Below, piece after piece: positions 32,613 through 40,144 of a stretch of 40,144 bases of DNA (the first letter of the stretch is position 1; every line of letters begins with the position of its first letter). The notes beneath the pieces are model-generated. The model did no database searches. It had not been told where the DNA came from and saw only the letters and a program-made list of their open reading frames with translations. Where the stretch lies: the IMG/VR virus record IMGVR_UViG_3300027708_000005; one strand, 5' to 3'. Origin of the DNA: a virus. Made by a program: the position numbers and the translations under genes.

Positions 32613-32996
32613 GTTAGTCATGTAGTCATGACTACGCAAGTCGCACAAAACAACCAGGCATTTTCTTTTTTGCTGACGGGCGCGGTCATGATGTTAGTCA
32701 TGTTAGTCATTAGTTTTCAGATGACTAACATGACTTACAAATAGCAGGGGGTTTTTTGCCGATAGCGCAGAGCAGGGGCGAAAATGTTAGTCATGTAAGT
32801 CATGTAGTTGACTAACTCAAGTCGCTGGCTTATAACATCTGTGGCGTAAATACAACAAATATACAACCTATTAACATATACCTATTTTAAATGACTACAT
32901 GACTAACATTAAGCATTTTTCCTTATTTCATATAGCCCTTCGCGTTAGTCATCGCATCCAAAAACATGACTAACATTTGACTAACCAATGACTAAC
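32613..32996. repeat. Array of the octamer TGACTAAC / GTTAGTCA (11 perfect and at least 4 degenerate copies, both orientations)
   Basis: GTTAGTCA at 32613, 32693, 32702, 32786, 32944. TGACTAAC at 32722, 32809, 32900, 32967, 32978, 32989. Variants at 32622, 32731, 32795, 32892. Confidence 0.95.
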
Positions 32997-33018
32997 AGAA
33001 CTATTTTTACGAAAAGTG

Positions 33019-33047
33019 TTGACAAGTGTAAAAGAATCTTTTACAGT
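33019..33047 (+). promoter_or_regulatory. Near-consensus sigma70 early promoter
   Basis: TTGACA (33019-33024), a 17-nt spacer, then TACAGT (33042-33047). The first early ATG is at 33104. Confidence 0.75.
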
Positions 33048-33103
33048 TCTAAGTAACGGCAACTTATCGCCGTTTTAATCCACTAATTGAAAGGTAATCT
33101 ACT

Positions 33104-33322
33104 ATGAAAAACTACTTAAATATTGAAAAATCCGCATTTCACCACGGCGAATATGTTGGTTATGCTGGCGGTAAAGTTTACACAATCCGTAAGTCTAATA
33201 GTTCTTATGGTAATTGGTTTGCATATAACCGCGATGATTATAACGATCAAATTTTTGCATTTGGGCTTGATAACTTGTCGCAAAAACTAACCGCAGCCGC
33301 TAACGAACTGGCAGCCGCTTAA
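33104..33322 (+). CDS. Early hypothetical protein (72 aa)
   Basis: First ORF after the early promoter, with an AAAGG RBS. Confidence 0.65.
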   Translation: MKNYLNIEKSAFHHGEYVGYAGGKVYTIRKSNSSYGNWFAYNRDDYNDQIFAFGLDNLSQKLTAAANELAAA

Positions 33323-33343
33323 CATATTTGTAGTGGATCGCCA

Positions 33344-33365
33344 GCCGGCGGGCGTTATCGCCGGC
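33344..33365 (+). other. GC-rich stem-loop between early genes 1 and 2
   Basis: GCCGGCG-ggcgttat-CGCCGGC. The downstream sequence ACTTATTC is only weakly U-rich. Confidence 0.4.
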
Positions 33366-33395
33366 ACTTATTCACTAAACGAAAGGTTTTAAAAA

Positions 33396-33722
33396 ATGAA
33401 AACAACAGTAGATTTATATGATTTTCGCCGCGAATTCGCACAATGCCGGCCCGATAATTTTAGTTATGAGGGTTTAAGCATTTTATTTGATTATCTCGAA
33501 GAATTAGGCGACGGCTGCGGCGAAGAAATAGAGTTAGACGTTATCGCCCTATGCTGCGATTTTTTAGAAGCCAGTCCTAAAGAGATTGCGGACGCTTATG
33601 GTATTGAACTCGACCCTGATGATGATACTGAGGTCAATTTTGATAAGGTGTTTGCCTATCTTGCTGACCACACTAGCGTTATTGGTCATACTGACACCAC
33701 TATCGTCTATCAAAACTTTTAA
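33396..33722 (+). CDS. Strongly acidic early protein (candidate DNA-mimic / anti-restriction type)
   Basis: 108 aa with 15 Asp + 11 Glu versus 3 Lys + 3 Arg (counted by hand). AAAGG RBS. Confidence 0.7.
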   Translation: MKTTVDLYDFRREFAQCRPDNFSYEGLSILFDYLEELGDGCGEEIELDVIALCCDFLEASPKEIADAYGIELDPDDDTEVNFDKVFAYLADHTSVIGHTDTTIVYQNF

Positions 33723-33732
33723 GGGGCCGCAA

Positions 33733-33831
33733 ATGAAAAAAGAACCATCATTGTGGGACATTCTGGGCGCGTGCATCATGGGCGCGATTCTTGGCGCATT
33801 TCTAGCTTATAACGCGCTGGGAGGGTTTTAA
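33733..33831 (+). CDS. Micro-ORF (32 aa), single-TM peptide
   Basis: MKKEPSLWDILGACIMGAILGAFLAYNALGGF, with an AAGGGG RBS. It is the C-terminal, RBS-preceded part of the ORF-track 81-aa ORF. Confidence 0.5.
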   Translation: MKKEPSLWDILGACIMGAILGAFLAYNALGGF

Positions 33832-33833
33832 TT

Positions 33834-34010
33834 ATGCGAATTAGAGCCAAAGCCGACATAGTTTCAGAAATTAAAGAAATATTGGCCGCAATAGAACGCG
33901 ATTTAGACCCATTTTTAAGGGGCGACGTTATGAATTACACCGGCTATTTAGCAGAAAATGCTGACGAGTTAAATATTTTAATTCAAAGCTTATTAGGAGA
34001 GTCAAAATAA
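33834..34010 (+). CDS. Early micro-ORF (58 aa)
   Basis: Open frame checked codon by codon. It starts 2 nt after the previous stop. Confidence 0.5.
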   Translation: MRIRAKADIVSEIKEILAAIERDLDPFLRGDVMNYTGYLAENADELNILIQSLLGESK

Positions 34011-34144
34011 TGTTTACAGTCATCTATAAGACTTATATGGGCGGGATTGAATCCTTAGCCTGTCGCAGATTTACAACCAAAGCCAACGCAACAACATTCG
34101 CCCGCAAAGTGGGTGGAACTATTGAAAAGAGGATATTCAAATGA
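34010..34144 (+). CDS. Early micro-ORF (44 aa)
   Basis: TAATG overlap with the previous ORF. Open frame checked. Confidence 0.45.
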   Translation: MFTVIYKTYMGGIESLACRRFTTKANATTFARKVGGTIEKRIFK

Positions 34145-34308
34145 CAAAAAACTTTTATTTAGTCTATGCCTACTATGCTCACAGACCTAAGTTTTTACAG
34201 GGTTTTTGGTCAAGTAATGAGGCTTTTCAGTTCAAAAAAGAGTATGAGGAAAAAGAAAAAGACACCCCTCAATTTGAAATTTGTTATGTGGAGGTAGAAC
34301 CAAGATGA
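34141..34308 (+). CDS. Early micro-ORF (55 aa)
   Basis: ATGA overlap at both ends. Open frame checked. Confidence 0.5.
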   Translation: MTKNFYLVYAYYAHRPKFLQGFWSSNEAFQFKKEYEEKEKDTPQFEICYVEVEPR

Positions 34309-34505
34309 ACACCTACCAAGTTTTTAGCGTACACAATACGCTGATCAGCGCACACGATAGCCCAAGCGTAGCCCTCAAACACGCTTTGATTTATCAGCAC
34401 GTCACAGGGCAACCCGCCCACGTTGAGCAAGTAACGGACGCAATGTATCAGGCTCAGGACGATCTAGCCGATTGGCAAGCGCAAGGGGGTGAACAATGCT
34501 CATAG
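34305..34505 (+). CDS. Early hypothetical protein (66 aa)
   Basis: The ORF-track ORF trimmed to ATG 34305, which overlaps the upstream stop (ATGA). Confidence 0.6.
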   Translation: MNTYQVFSVHNTLISAHDSPSVALKHALIYQHVTGQPAHVEQVTDAMYQAQDDLADWQAQGGEQCS

Positions 34506-34560
34506 CCCTTGCAATATTGGGAGTTAGCGCCCTGTTAATCGTTCTTTTAGACCTCTAATA

Positions 34561-34587
34561 AAAAGCCCCTTAATTGGGGCTTTTTTT
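34561..34587. terminator. Bidirectional rho-independent terminator between the early operon and the primase-helicase gene
   Basis: AAAAGCCCC-TTAATT-GGGGCTTTTTTT has an A-run upstream and a T-run downstream. It lies between convergent genes. Confidence 0.85.
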
Positions 34588-36886
34588 ATTTCACCAACAC
34601 CATCTTAGGCGGCGGGTTTTCTTCTACCATCCGGCGCAACTCTGATTTAGGCGTATCGCTTAGCTCTGGCGCACAGAAAATATGCTTTTTACTGGTGTAA
34701 TCCCTTGACATTAATCTACCACAATCAACCCAACCCGCTTCTTTTAACGCGTGTAACAATGCGGCCTGTGGCACCTTAACACCGCTGGGCGCCTGCCCTG
34801 TAAGCCGATCACAAAGCGAATGAAAGGGTGAGCCTATAACCCCCCGTGAAAACTCCCCTGTGCGGTTTCTAAGCATTTCTACAAGGTACGATTCAGCCAT
34901 ACTCATGCCATGCTCTATTAAATTCTGTTTAAACTCAGTCATCGCGGGCGCTGCTGATGGGTTAAACGCGCTAACATTACGCGCCATAAACCATTTAGCG
35001 ATTGCAGCAAAGCCACCTGATCTATACCAATCCCAAATCTTGCGGGCGCAATCTGAATTCATACGCGGCGCCGTTGACCATACACAGAACCATCGGCGGT
35101 CTTGCGTTGCAAGCGAAATAGGCACCGGATCATTACTAAACGCCAACACAAACAAGCGGTTGGCCATCTGATAAGGGTGCAAGCCCTTGCGATTGATTGG
35201 CAGCATCTCAGGCGGCGCGGCGATGATTGGCTTAAGTTGATTAGCTAATTGCCGACGCGTTGCAGCGTCAGGCTCTTTTAATTCGTTAATAATCAATATT
35301 TCAGATTCAAGCTGATAACCCCATTGACTGTTTACGCTGTTGTTATCCATGATGCCGCGATTCTTTAAATGATCGCCACAAACCGCCCATATAAACGGCG
35401 CCCAAAATGTATCCTTTCCGCTACCTTCATCACCAGCGTGTAAGATTGCGTGATTGACTTTGATCTTTGGGTTTTGCACTTTGAAAGCCATCACATCAAA
35501 AATATGGTTTAGTTCATCTGACTCTGGCACAAGCTCTTTACAATGATCCATCCACATAGAAATATCAGCGCTGTCAGCTTGAGCGACACTTGGTCTAGCA
35601 TCACGCCAACGATTGCCGAACAAGTCGCCATCACGCGTGACAATGACATCCTCACCAGCAGCGTAGGTCACACCTACTAACGCTTTAGCACCATTAGCTT
35701 GACGATTCTCATCAAAGCAGATTGATGCCTCTACCTTGCGCCCTGTATGAATAGATTTGCATGGAATATGACGAAACAATGCGTTAAATGTCTGGCGGCT
35801 AACTTCGCGTCTATCTTGCATATCAAAATAGGACTCATCGTCTTGAATGTAAGCAAAGCGGTTGTACCAATCAGCCTTTTCGATACGTCCCAACTCTTTA
35901 CGCTCTACCTCTGCAATCAATTCGGCAGCCGTATCACGATAAACATCATTTGGGGTTAATTTTGACAGGGCATCGCTCATCTTTTCTGCAAGCAACTCAT
36001 CACGCAAACCATGATCAACTTTTGGGCCACCATTATTGGCTACCCAATCGAGAAACATCTGAGAACTAAAGTCCACGCAATGACCATGCAAACAGCAGAA
36101 TGACCTATCAAGGGGTTTATACCTACCCTCAATATTTCCATCGGTATGCTCTGCGTTATTAGGGCAAACGACTGCCATCCAACCCTCACCATTAGCAGGC
36201 GACATAATTAGACCTTGCTCGTTAAGCCAAGTCACTACTGAATCTTTACCTGTGTCAGCTAGGCGTATTGCTACATTTGTAGCAGTATCAGCAGGGTCAG
36301 GCACCACATCAAGCGCAGCGCAGATATCTTCAAGGTTATATTCAAGTTCAGGTTTGAAATGTATCAATGTTGATACAAAGTTATTACGTCCAGGTTTTAA
36401 GTTCACAGATCCTGGCAGACGGAAATTACGCACTGCGTTAGTCGCGCCCGGATCCGTGTAGCCTGCCTTGGCAATGGCTTTGATTGCTGCGGTGAAATCA
36501 CCTTTAGTTGGTTGCTCTTTAAAAGCATAACCCCATTGGTATGAACCCTCTGAAGTTTCCATGATCCAAGTAGGCGTAAGCGGTGGCTCTTTAGACTTAG
36601 TGCCAATGTCATCTAACATCATTACAAGGACGTATTCACAATTAGCGGCGGATGCTGATACTTTGCCATCAGCAAAACGGTCTAATATAAACGAGCCTGT
36701 ATTGCCATAAATTGCCCAATCCTTTTTGATTTTAGCTGTTGGTAAAAACGCAGGCCATGTGCATTTAATCGTGCCATCAGCATGAGTTTGCATCATGCCA
36801 TTGCCATCTAGTTGTGGCTTTTGCCTGACAATTAAAGCAGTTTCGCCTTCAGGTGCTAGGTTCGTGATATATTCTACAAAGTTCAT
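34586..36886 (-). CDS. Bifunctional primase-polymerase / SF3 (P4- or D5-type) helicase
   Basis: 766 aa. N-terminal prim-pol-like domain, Cys/His zinc element CPNNAEH...CCLHGHC, C-terminal Walker A GDEGSGKD and a downstream helicase region. Confidence 0.8.
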   Translation of the reverse strand: MNFVEYITNLAPEGETALIVRQKPQLDGNGMMQTHADGTIKCTWPAFLPTAKIKKDWAIYGNTGSFILDRFADGKVSASAANCEYVLVMMLDDIGTKSKEPPLTPTWIMETSEGSYQWGYAFKEQPTKGDFTAAIKAIAKAGYTDPGATNAVRNFRLPGSVNLKPGRNNFVSTLIHFKPELEYNLEDICAALDVVPDPADTATNVAIRLADTGKDSVVTWLNEQGLIMSPANGEGWMAVVCPNNAEHTDGNIEGRYKPLDRSFCCLHGHCVDFSSQMFLDWVANNGGPKVDHGLRDELLAEKMSDALSKLTPNDVYRDTAAELIAEVERKELGRIEKADWYNRFAYIQDDESYFDMQDRREVSRQTFNALFRHIPCKSIHTGRKVEASICFDENRQANGAKALVGVTYAAGEDVIVTRDGDLFGNRWRDARPSVAQADSADISMWMDHCKELVPESDELNHIFDVMAFKVQNPKIKVNHAILHAGDEGSGKDTFWAPFIWAVCGDHLKNRGIMDNNSVNSQWGYQLESEILIINELKEPDAATRRQLANQLKPIIAAPPEMLPINRKGLHPYQMANRLFVLAFSNDPVPISLATQDRRWFCVWSTAPRMNSDCARKIWDWYRSGGFAAIAKWFMARNVSAFNPSAAPAMTEFKQNLIEHGMSMAESYLVEMLRNRTGEFSRGVIGSPFHSLCDRLTGQAPSGVKVPQAALLHALKEAGWVDCGRLMSRDYTSKKHIFCAPELSDTPKSELRRMVEENPPPKMVLVK

Positions 36887-36912
36887 TAATGGACTACCTT
36901 TCGTGAGGGTTA

Positions 36913-36942
36913 CCCCCTAGATTAAAACCTAGGGGGTTTTTT
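36913..36942 (+). terminator. Terminator-shaped hairpin oriented for the + strand, inside a minus-strand operon
   Basis: CCCCCTAG-attaaaac-CTAGGGGG followed by TTTTTT on the + strand. On the minus strand there is no U-tract. Confidence 0.55.
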
Positions 36943-36943
36943 A

Positions 36944-37282
36944 TTATATGTAACGCAATTCACGCAAAAGCTTTTCAGCTTTTTCAATATATTGCTCTGA
37001 GCCAGAATGATGTTTTTGTGAACATCCAACGCCAGCGACACCGCTTGTAGTTTGATATTGCCAAAAGGTTTTTAATCTTTCCATGCTTGAATCAAGGTGG
37101 CTATTTACTACTTCATTTTCTGACATATCAAGCAACGCTTGCACATAAGCACAGACTGCTGCCAAACTTGTCACGTCTTTGCCACGCAATACCATTACAG
37201 GTTCGTCCTCGGAAATAAAATATTCCCCCCCCCTATGAAAAAGCTTATCAGTATCACCGAATTTATATTTTGGGTCATTCAT
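36944..37282 (-). CDS. Hypothetical replication-module protein (112 aa)
   Basis: ORF between the polymerase and the primase. Its start overlaps the polymerase stop. Confidence 0.65.
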   Translation of the reverse strand: MNDPKYKFGDTDKLFHRGGEYFISEDEPVMVLRGKDVTSLAAVCAYVQALLDMSENEVVNSHLDSSMERLKTFWQYQTTSGVAGVGCSQKHHSGSEQYIEKAEKLLRELRYI

Positions 37283-39324
37283 TTACCATATCTTTCCATT
37301 GTTTTAATTTCTACACCTAAGGGTATTCCCTTAGCCCAATCAGGCGGCGTACACATTACGTCTTCCATTCGTTTCATCATCGTTTCGGGTTGATCTGTTT
37401 CTACAACAATTTCATCGTGGACGTGGAGAACAACATCGTCCAACTGCCGTAAAGAATGACGCAATAGGTCATTAGCAACAGCTTGGGTAATATTTTCACA
37501 CGCCAATCCTTTCCATAATCTTGCCCTAGGCCATTCTTTTGCATCCGCTGCTGGTTTCCATGCCGACTTAGCGTACGTTATCCCGTCCGCTTCTGATCTT
37601 GCAAATGGGTAACAAAGAACGCGCCCAGAAGGTAGAGCATACCAAAGATGCAAGCCATCGAACATATAGGTAACCCTACCTGCGCCAAACTCATGATTAG
37701 GGTTACGCATTGCTCTTGTATACGCTTCTTCTAAGCTCTGCCAATAAGGTACTGCCCAAGGATTAGCCAATCTCCAGCCTGCTACCATGCGTTTAGCTTG
37801 CGGTTCGGGCAAAAGAATACCATACGCTCTACCCATAGCCGCAAACGCGCCTATGCCGCCTGCAAAACCACAAGCTAACTCTTGGACTTTGCCAATTTGA
37901 CGTTGTTCGCTGTTTACATCAGCAACAGGAACGTGAAAGGTTGCACTAGCGTTGACTTTGTAAACATCTTCGCCACGCTCAAAAAGGGCTAATTTTTTTA
38001 TTCCCGCGTCACAATTGGATAGCCAAGGATTGACTCTAGCTTCGATACCTGACCAGTCTGCCACAACCAAAGAAGCTCCTCGTCTTGGTATAAGAGATGG
38101 TCTAAGCATTCCTTTGAGGACATCGGTAACGCGTCGTCCAAAGGCAGGAACAATTGAGTGGCCTCTAACCATAGCTTGTCTAACGGCATCAGGATCTTGG
38201 GCGCACTTGCGAGTGAAATTATGCACTTGGGCGCCGTATGACGAAGCTCTGCCTGTAGCGCTTCCGCCAGCGAACACGAAAGCCCCTCGAACCCTGTGAT
38301 CTTCTTCATCTGCCAAATCCTTTAATCGGTTAAATTTCGCGACACTAGACGCCCATAAATCATCCGCACATTGGATAACATCAGCAACTTCCGGCGGGAT
38401 CTGATCTGGATTCTCCTCGGCGAGGATGAGTAAATTTGCCCTAACAGCTTTGTCAATTGAATACTTTTTATCACCATCTTTGTAACTCTCCATGAGTTTT
38501 TTGGCATCTTCACCAACCCGAGCAAGTACCCATTCTTTCATGCGGGGTGAGCGCACCGATGAAATTTCGCCTTGTGTTATTTCAGATACAAGATTCTCAA
38601 TTTCCGCAAGCTCGTGGCTTGCGTAACGAATCGCAGACTCAGCTAGTGGCTTGTCTAATAACACGCCTCGATCATTAATGCGCTCGTTAACATGATAGTC
38701 CATAAGTTCATCTGTTGATAAATCTCGCATAGCTTGTGAAATCGCCCGCATGGTTCTGACGTCTTGTAGGGCGTAATTACCCATTTCTGCCAGCAAGGTG
38801 GGGTCTGTGTTAAATGTACCATCTGCCCTTGGGATACACAACAGGCGTATTAACTGATTGCCTCTGTGGTCTTTACGCATACTGCTACTAGCAAAGCGAC
38901 CAACGTCCTCAAGTGAGCCTGGAGCGCAGTTAGCCCGCGCTTGTGCAGCCGTGCAATACCATTGTGTTAGCAAAGGCGTAGGCACCTTGTGGTCAATGCA
39001 AAGAACAAATTCAGTAATCAGACGATCAAAGCCTGCGTTATGCGCCCTGATCTGCTCGTCACTAAAAAAATGTTGCGCTATGCGCTTGGGAAAAGGTAGG
39101 TCAGGCATCCATAATTGCACGTCCTCATCATCAAACGCATACGCCATACAGATGATTTCGGTGCTGCAATCCTGAGCGTAGTTATAAGAGCCACGACTGC
39201 GTAGATCGCATCGTGAGCGTGTTTCGTAATCAAGCCAAAGTATTGTCATATTAGGTTGGGGTGGCAGTCTTTTTAGTTTGAAATCTCTAAGAGCCATAAA
39301 GCTGAATAGTGTCAGCCACCCCAA
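37279..39324 (-). CDS. Family A DNA polymerase with a 3'-5' exonuclease domain
   Basis: Exo motifs LDYETRS, HNAGFDR, YALQDV. Pol motif A VVADWSGIEARV, motif B RQIGKVQELACGFAGG, motif C VLHVHDEIVVE. The start is uncertain: TTG 39324, ATG 39297 or ATG 39249 (MTILWLDYET). Confidence 0.9.
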   Translation of the reverse strand: MGWLTLFSFMALRDFKLKRLPPQPNMTILWLDYETRSRCDLRSRGSYNYAQDCSTEIICMAYAFDDEDVQLWMPDLPFPKRIAQHFFSDEQIRAHNAGFDRLITEFVLCIDHKVPTPLLTQWYCTAAQARANCAPGSLEDVGRFASSSMRKDHRGNQLIRLLCIPRADGTFNTDPTLLAEMGNYALQDVRTMRAISQAMRDLSTDELMDYHVNERINDRGVLLDKPLAESAIRYASHELAEIENLVSEITQGEISSVRSPRMKEWVLARVGEDAKKLMESYKDGDKKYSIDKAVRANLLILAEENPDQIPPEVADVIQCADDLWASSVAKFNRLKDLADEEDHRVRGAFVFAGGSATGRASSYGAQVHNFTRKCAQDPDAVRQAMVRGHSIVPAFGRRVTDVLKGMLRPSLIPRRGASLVVADWSGIEARVNPWLSNCDAGIKKLALFERGEDVYKVNASATFHVPVADVNSEQRQIGKVQELACGFAGGIGAFAAMGRAYGILLPEPQAKRMVAGWRLANPWAVPYWQSLEEAYTRAMRNPNHEFGAGRVTYMFDGLHLWYALPSGRVLCYPFARSEADGITYAKSAWKPAADAKEWPRARLWKGLACENITQAVANDLLRHSLRQLDDVVLHVHDEIVVETDQPETMMKRMEDVMCTPPDWAKGIPLGVEIKTMERYGK

Positions 39325-39328
39325 TTCT

Positions 39329-39475
39329 TTACTCTGCTACAGGTTCAACTACAGGTGCTTGTTGCGCGTTAATCTGCGCCATGGCTTGTTGTTTGATCTT
39401 ATCTACAAGACCAACATTTAAAGCGCCAAGCAATACATTTATTTCTTCAATAGATAATTTTAAATTAATATCCAT
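39329..39475 (-). CDS. Small hypothetical protein (48 aa)
   Basis: The ORF-track 72-aa ORF trimmed to ATG 39475 (MDINLKLSIEEINVLLGALN...), which has AGGAG 7 nt upstream and avoids overlapping the upstream gene. Confidence 0.6.
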   Translation of the reverse strand: MDINLKLSIEEINVLLGALNVGLVDKIKQQAMAQINAQQAPVVEPVAE

Positions 39476-39476
39476 T

Positions 39477-40144
39477 TTAAACTCCTGAACGACGGCGACG
39501 CGCTGGCGCTGTTTCAACAGGTGCTGCTTCTTCAAACGCCGATTCAATTTCTAAGTTTGGTTCTGCTGGCGCTTCACCATCCATACCAACCCATTCCAAT
39601 ACTTTGAATACAGGTGTAAAGATACGGCCATAGGACTTATGGGTGTAATGCTCTTTACCCAATTCCACCACAGGTACAGGTTTGTCCTGATCTTTTTCTA
39701 CTTGCGTAGCAATGGCAACTGCTAAAGCTTGAACGCCTTTCTTACCACCAACAGAAGTTGTAGTGTAACGGGCTTCCATGCCTTTATCTTCACCATCAAG
39801 ACACTTAATAGACATACCAACTTGTGTTTCCCAACCTTTTTTGGCACCAGGAGGCGCTGCTTCAAGTTCAGGCAATGGCTGGCTTACGCTGACCATTTTC
39901 TCAGCCAACACTTCACCATCACCCCATGCAATATAGCCATGAACAAATGAGAAAGGATTGACTGCCCATGTGGAATCGCTTTCGATTTCGGTCTGATCTG
40001 CACCGAATACCCAATGCCCTGTTTTGTCCATCTTGATAATGACGGTGCCTGCTGCGCCTACATCAGTTTCAATGGTACGCAATGCAGTTGCTAATGACTT
40101 TACTGAAGGTAAATTTGCACCTGAGAATGTTGTTAAATTTGACA
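39477..40144 (-). CDS. Wrap-around replication-module protein (222 aa in the circular genome); possible ssDNA-binding/annealing role by position only
   Basis: Continuous ORF that runs into the window end and continues to ATG 126-128 in the duplicated copy. It sits between the Cas4-like nuclease and the polymerase. I could not assign a family. Confidence 0.8.
   Translation of the reverse strand, partial: SNLTTFSGANLPSVKSLATALRTIETDVGAAGTVIIKMDKTGHWVFGADQTEIESDSTWAVNPFSFVHGYIAWGDGEVLAEKMVSVSQPLPELEAAPPGAKKGWETQVGMSIKCLDGEDKGMEARYTTTSVGGKKGVQALAVAIATQVEKDQDKPVPVVELGKEHYTHKSYGRIFTPVFKVLEWVGMDGEAPAEPNLEIESAFEEAAPVETAPARRRRSGV
40018..40144. repeat. Terminal direct repeat, right copy (identical to 1-127)
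   Basis: Same 127-nt string as the window start. Confidence 0.95.

Noticed and set aside
32613-32996. CRISPR array interpretation of the repeat-rich regions (also 4555-4833)
   Set aside because: The units are 8-14 bp, occur in both orientations, and have irregular spacing and no uniform spacers. No cas genes are present apart from a stand-alone Cas4-like nuclease typical of phage replication modules.
33586-33831. 81-aa ORF overlapping the 3' half of the acidic early gene
   Set aside because: Only its last 32 codons are preceded by an RBS (AAGGGG before ATG 33733). The upstream part overlaps 33396-33722 out of frame.
39476-39547. 24-codon N-terminal extension (MNRRLKKQHLLKQRQRVAVVQEFK) of the small ORF upstream of the polymerase
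   Set aside because: It overlaps the 3' end of the wrap-around gene. The ATG at 39475 has AGGAG 7 nt upstream.
1-40144. tRNA, tmRNA, rRNA, integrase, excisionase, CI/Cro-type repressor, partition genes and phage RNA polymerase
   Set aside because: I looked for T-loop-like GGTTCGAATCC strings and for tyrosine or serine recombinase and HTH-repressor-like ORFs, and saw none. Absence is judged by eye only.

Overview
The window is a complete, circularly closed phage genome. Bases 1-127 are identical to 40018-40144, so the unique length is 40,017 bp, and one gene wraps across the junction.

I saw no rRNA, tRNA, CRISPR array, integrase, repressor or phage RNA polymerase. It reads as a virulent podovirus of a Gram-negative host. 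It has P22-type morphogenesis genes (terS, terL, portal, scaffold, coat, gp4-like adaptor, gp10-like protein, ejection proteins) and a lambda-R-type endolysin.

There are four transcription blocks:
- An early + strand operon of eight translationally coupled micro-genes (33104-34558), driven by a near-consensus sigma70 promoter.
- A minus-strand replication operon that starts at 1278, wraps the junction and ends at 34586. It encodes a Cas4-like nuclease, the wrap-around protein, a family-A DNA polymerase and a primase-helicase.
- A + strand operon (1369-4403) encoding VRR-NUC, an SNF2 helicase, DUF3310, a repeat lipoprotein and small proteins.
- A roughly 27.5-kb minus-strand late operon (32453 down to 4985).

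I found no recognisable named defence or anti-defence system. The features that ordinary annotation does not explain are:
- A dense two-orientation array of the octamer TGACTAAC in the early/late control region next to terS.
- A 580-bp ORF-free, AT-rich convergent spacer made of four different direct-repeat pairs plus a 12-bp inverted repeat.
- A GroES homologue and two micro-ORFs between terL and portal.
- An AT-rich fibre/adhesin cassette of about 7.5 kb between portal and scaffold.
- A second receptor-binding locus with a duplicated 63-aa module.
- An HTH-metallophosphoesterase plus SprT-like protease pair at the end of the late operon.
- A strongly acidic early protein.

All functional calls come from reading motifs and from remembered family signatures. 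No searches were run.
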